Source of the DNA: Verrucomicrobiota bacterium
GTDB taxonomy: Bacteria; Verrucomicrobiota; Verrucomicrobiia; Chthoniobacterales; UBA6821
Length of the DNA stretch: 7,120 bases
Direction of reading: 5' to 3'
Assembly (NCBI GenBank): GCA_008932965.1
Contig: WBXG01000072.1
Span: forward strand, 1 to 7,120
In this document: in pieces, positions 5,434 through 7,120 of the stretch
Numbering within the stretch: position 1 is the stretch's first letter
Layout: the number at the start of each line of letters is the position of its first letter
Program-made: the position numbers and the translations under genes
The notes under the pieces: model-generated
Database searches by the model: none
Seen by the model: the letters and a program-made list of their open reading frames with translations, nothing else
What the model was told of the DNA's origin: nothing

Positions 5434-6633
5434 ATGGCCCATGAGAATTTCTGTATCAAGGGAAAGCCACAACCTAGCGTAGAGGTGCAATTAGAAAAAC
5501 CTTCTATCGGATTTGTAAGACGCGGATATTCAGCAACAGGAGGTGCTGAAGCTTATCTTAAGAGGCTTGCAGAGGGGTTATTAGAAAGAGGTTATCGTGT
5601 TCTCTTGCTGGGCACAGGAGAATGGCCTTCAGAATTATGGCCCGGAGGGGAAGTCATTGTTCTGCCTAATTCTTCTTTGCATTTTTTTTCAAAAGCAGTT
5701 TTGGAATGTAAAAAAAAAGAAAAGATCGATCTTCTCTTTTCTCTAGAGCGTGTTCCTGGGGTTGATATTTTCCGTGCTGGTGATGGTCTTCATACAGCTT
5801 GGTTGGAAAGTCGAAAAAAAAGGGAACACGCATGGAAGAGTCTTCTCTCATCATGGATGCCACGTCATCGTGAAATTGTTCGAATGGAGCGTGAGCTATT
5901 CTCTCCTCAATCAGCTACAGTAGTCATTGCTAATTCTGCGATGGTAGCTCAGGAGATTAGGGAGCATTTCTCATTTCCTCAACAGCAGTTAAAAGTGATT
6001 CCTAATGGGGTTCCCCTGTTTGATCCCTTGAGCTCAAAAGAACGGGATGCAGCCCGAGAGGTTCTTGGAATGAAGAAAGGAGAGTTGGCTCTTCTTTTTG
6101 TTGGTTCGGGTTGGAAACGTAAAGGAGTAGAGGTAGCCATACGCGCAGTAGAGCAACTCGCTTTAGAGGGGAAGAGTGACTCTAAAATGCAACTATGGGT
6201 GGCAGGTAAGGGGCCAAGCCATCAATATCGATCCAAAGTAGTTCACTTCCTAGGGCCTGTCAAAAAAATGGAACTTCTGTATGCAGCTTCAGATCTTTTT
6301 ATTTTACCAACCCTCTATGATCCCTTTGCTAATGCCACATTGGAGGCCCTTGTCATGGGATTGCCAGTCATTACTACAAGTGCTAATGGCTGCTCGGAGC
6401 TCATCGAGGAGGGAGTGCACGGTTCAGTGATACAAGATCCTAACAATGTCCAAGCCTTTTCTGTAGCGTTAGCATGGTGGAAAAAACGATTATTAAGCCA
6501 AGAGGCTCTTCAGATTCGTGATGCTTGTAGAAAACGGGGAGCCTCTTTTACTATGGAGCGTAATCTCAATCAAACTATAGAGGTGATGGATGAGGTGTTG
6601 GCAAAGCATTTACCTGAGGAACGATCTCCGTAA
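5434..6633 (+). CDS. Glycosyltransferase family 4 (GT-B fold, RfaG/WaaG-like)
   Basis: The N-terminal motif IGFVRRGYSATGGAEAYLKRLAEGLLERGYRV is typical of the GT4 N-terminal domain. The C-terminal motif PTLYDPFANATLEALVMGLPVITT...ELIEEG is the E-x7-E nucleotide-sugar binding signature. The start is uncertain. The ORF-track model begins at GTG 5278, only 9 nt from the divergent recombinase start, and adds about 50-70 low-complexity residues ahead of the conserved N-terminus. ATG 5434 or GTG 5485 is more plausible, and ATG 5317 is also possible. Confidence 0.8.
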   Translation: MAHENFCIKGKPQPSVEVQLEKPSIGFVRRGYSATGGAEAYLKRLAEGLLERGYRVLLLGTGEWPSELWPGGEVIVLPNSSLHFFSKAVLECKKKEKIDLLFSLERVPGVDIFRAGDGLHTAWLESRKKREHAWKSLLSSWMPRHREIVRMERELFSPQSATVVIANSAMVAQEIREHFSFPQQQLKVIPNGVPLFDPLSSKERDAAREVLGMKKGELALLFVGSGWKRKGVEVAIRAVEQLALEGKSDSKMQLWVAGKGPSHQYRSKVVHFLGPVKKMELLYAASDLFILPTLYDPFANATLEALVMGLPVITTSANGCSELIEEGVHGSVIQDPNNVQAFSVALAWWKKRLLSQEALQIRDACRKRGASFTMERNLNQTIEVMDEVLAKHLPEERSP

Positions 6634-7120
6634 AAAGAGCACAATGGTCACTTGCCTCTTTCCAACCTGCAGGACGCGCTATTCCTGAATGTTCGTGGAC
6701 AATGGAGGGTTCCAGTTCCTCGTTGATGAGCATATAATCGATGCGCGAATAGAGATCTGCTTCCTTCCAATATTCCGTCCAGCTTTCTCCACGGTCATCG
6801 GTAAGATTAAGTGCGTGGAGTAGTTCTGGTTTTTGAGGCTTTCCAAGGAGTGTTAAAAGAGGTTTTGAATTTTTGGTATCATTGAAATCTCCCATGACTA
6901 AGAGGTGTGTCTTGGGATCTGAAGCCATGATCGCATTGACATAGTTTTGCAGATAGAGTGCTTCTGCAGATCGAAAGAAGTCTTGGTCGTAATTAGGAAC
7001 AGAAATTTTCGATTTAAAATGAATGCAGAGTAATCGGAGTGTGTAGTCAGGCCGTAGTGCCACTGTCACATCTAAAATCCCTCTTGGACTATGTTCCACC
7101 TTTCCATTAATAGAGATAGG
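6575..7120 (-). CDS. Endonuclease/exonuclease/phosphatase (EEP) family protein, 5'-truncated by the window edge
   Basis: It carries the EEP motifs LLVMGDFND and, near the C-terminus, RIDYML and SDHCALF. The ORF-track start at 7099 is a GTG. The same frame stays open to nt 7120 (PISINGK upstream), and the N-terminal EEP motifs are absent, so the gene most likely continues beyond the window. Confidence 0.75.
   Translation of the reverse strand, partial: PISINGKVEHSPRGILDVTVALRPDYTLRLLCIHFKSKISVPNYDQDFFRSAEALYLQNYVNAIMASDPKTHLLVMGDFNDTKNSKPLLTLLGKPQKPELLHALNLTDDRGESWTEYWKEADLYSRIDYMLINEELEPSIVHEHSGIARPAGWKEASDHCALFTEIVPQVNALPTPHPSPL

Noticed and set aside
3930-5821. Homopolymer runs inside coding regions could be slipped-strand phase-variation tracts in the surface-modifying genes. 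They are A8 at 3930-3937 and 3964-3971 (acyltransferase), T9 at 5053-5061 (xerC), and A9 at 5710-5718 and A8 at 5814-5821 (GT4).
   Set aside because: The runs are 9 nt or shorter and simply encode KKK or FF(F) in an AT-rich genome. They also occur in the housekeeping recombinase, and all are in frame. There is no evidence for variability from a single sequence.
497-5863. Short ORFs from the track at 497-724(-), 992-1177(+), 3049-3237(-), 3397-3636(+), 3790-3990(-), 4003-4212(-) and 5666-5863(-).
   Set aside because: All are nested in, or antisense to, longer ORFs that have clear family signatures. Their translations are low-complexity with no motifs. 4003-4212 also runs into repeat copy B. 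They are treated as shadow ORFs.

Overview
This is a tightly packed, moderately AT-rich bacterial chromosomal segment; I did not compute composition and cannot assign a taxon. From left to right it holds the 3' end of trpS (+), an initiator tRNA-fMet (+), an Rsm22-like SAM methyltransferase (-), a 436-aa protein with no motif I recognise (+), a family-3 membrane acyltransferase (-), a XerC/XerD-type tyrosine recombinase (-), a GT4 glycosyltransferase (+), and a 5'-truncated endonuclease/exonuclease/phosphatase (EEP) family gene (-). The main unexplained signal is a family of structured palindromic intergenic elements present in three copies: 1310-1491, 2840-2969 and 4168-4356. All three are built from a roughly 21-23 nt terminal unit, TAGCCCG-N-ATATTTCATACTGAT, and its reverse complement, and they also share interior sequence. 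Copies 1310-1491 and 2840-2969 bracket the orphan gene in direct orientation. Copies 2840-2969 and 4168-4356 bracket the acyltransferase in inverted orientation. The third copy begins inside the stop codon of the recombinase gene. I cannot match the element to any IS, MITE, REP or RNA family from memory, and its function (mobile element, RNA structure, terminator or recombination substrate) is unresolved. Two ORF-track models, the 449-aa acyltransferase and the 451-aa glycosyltransferase, appear over-extended at the 5' end. No CRISPR array, transposase, integron integrase or recognisable defence genes are visible.
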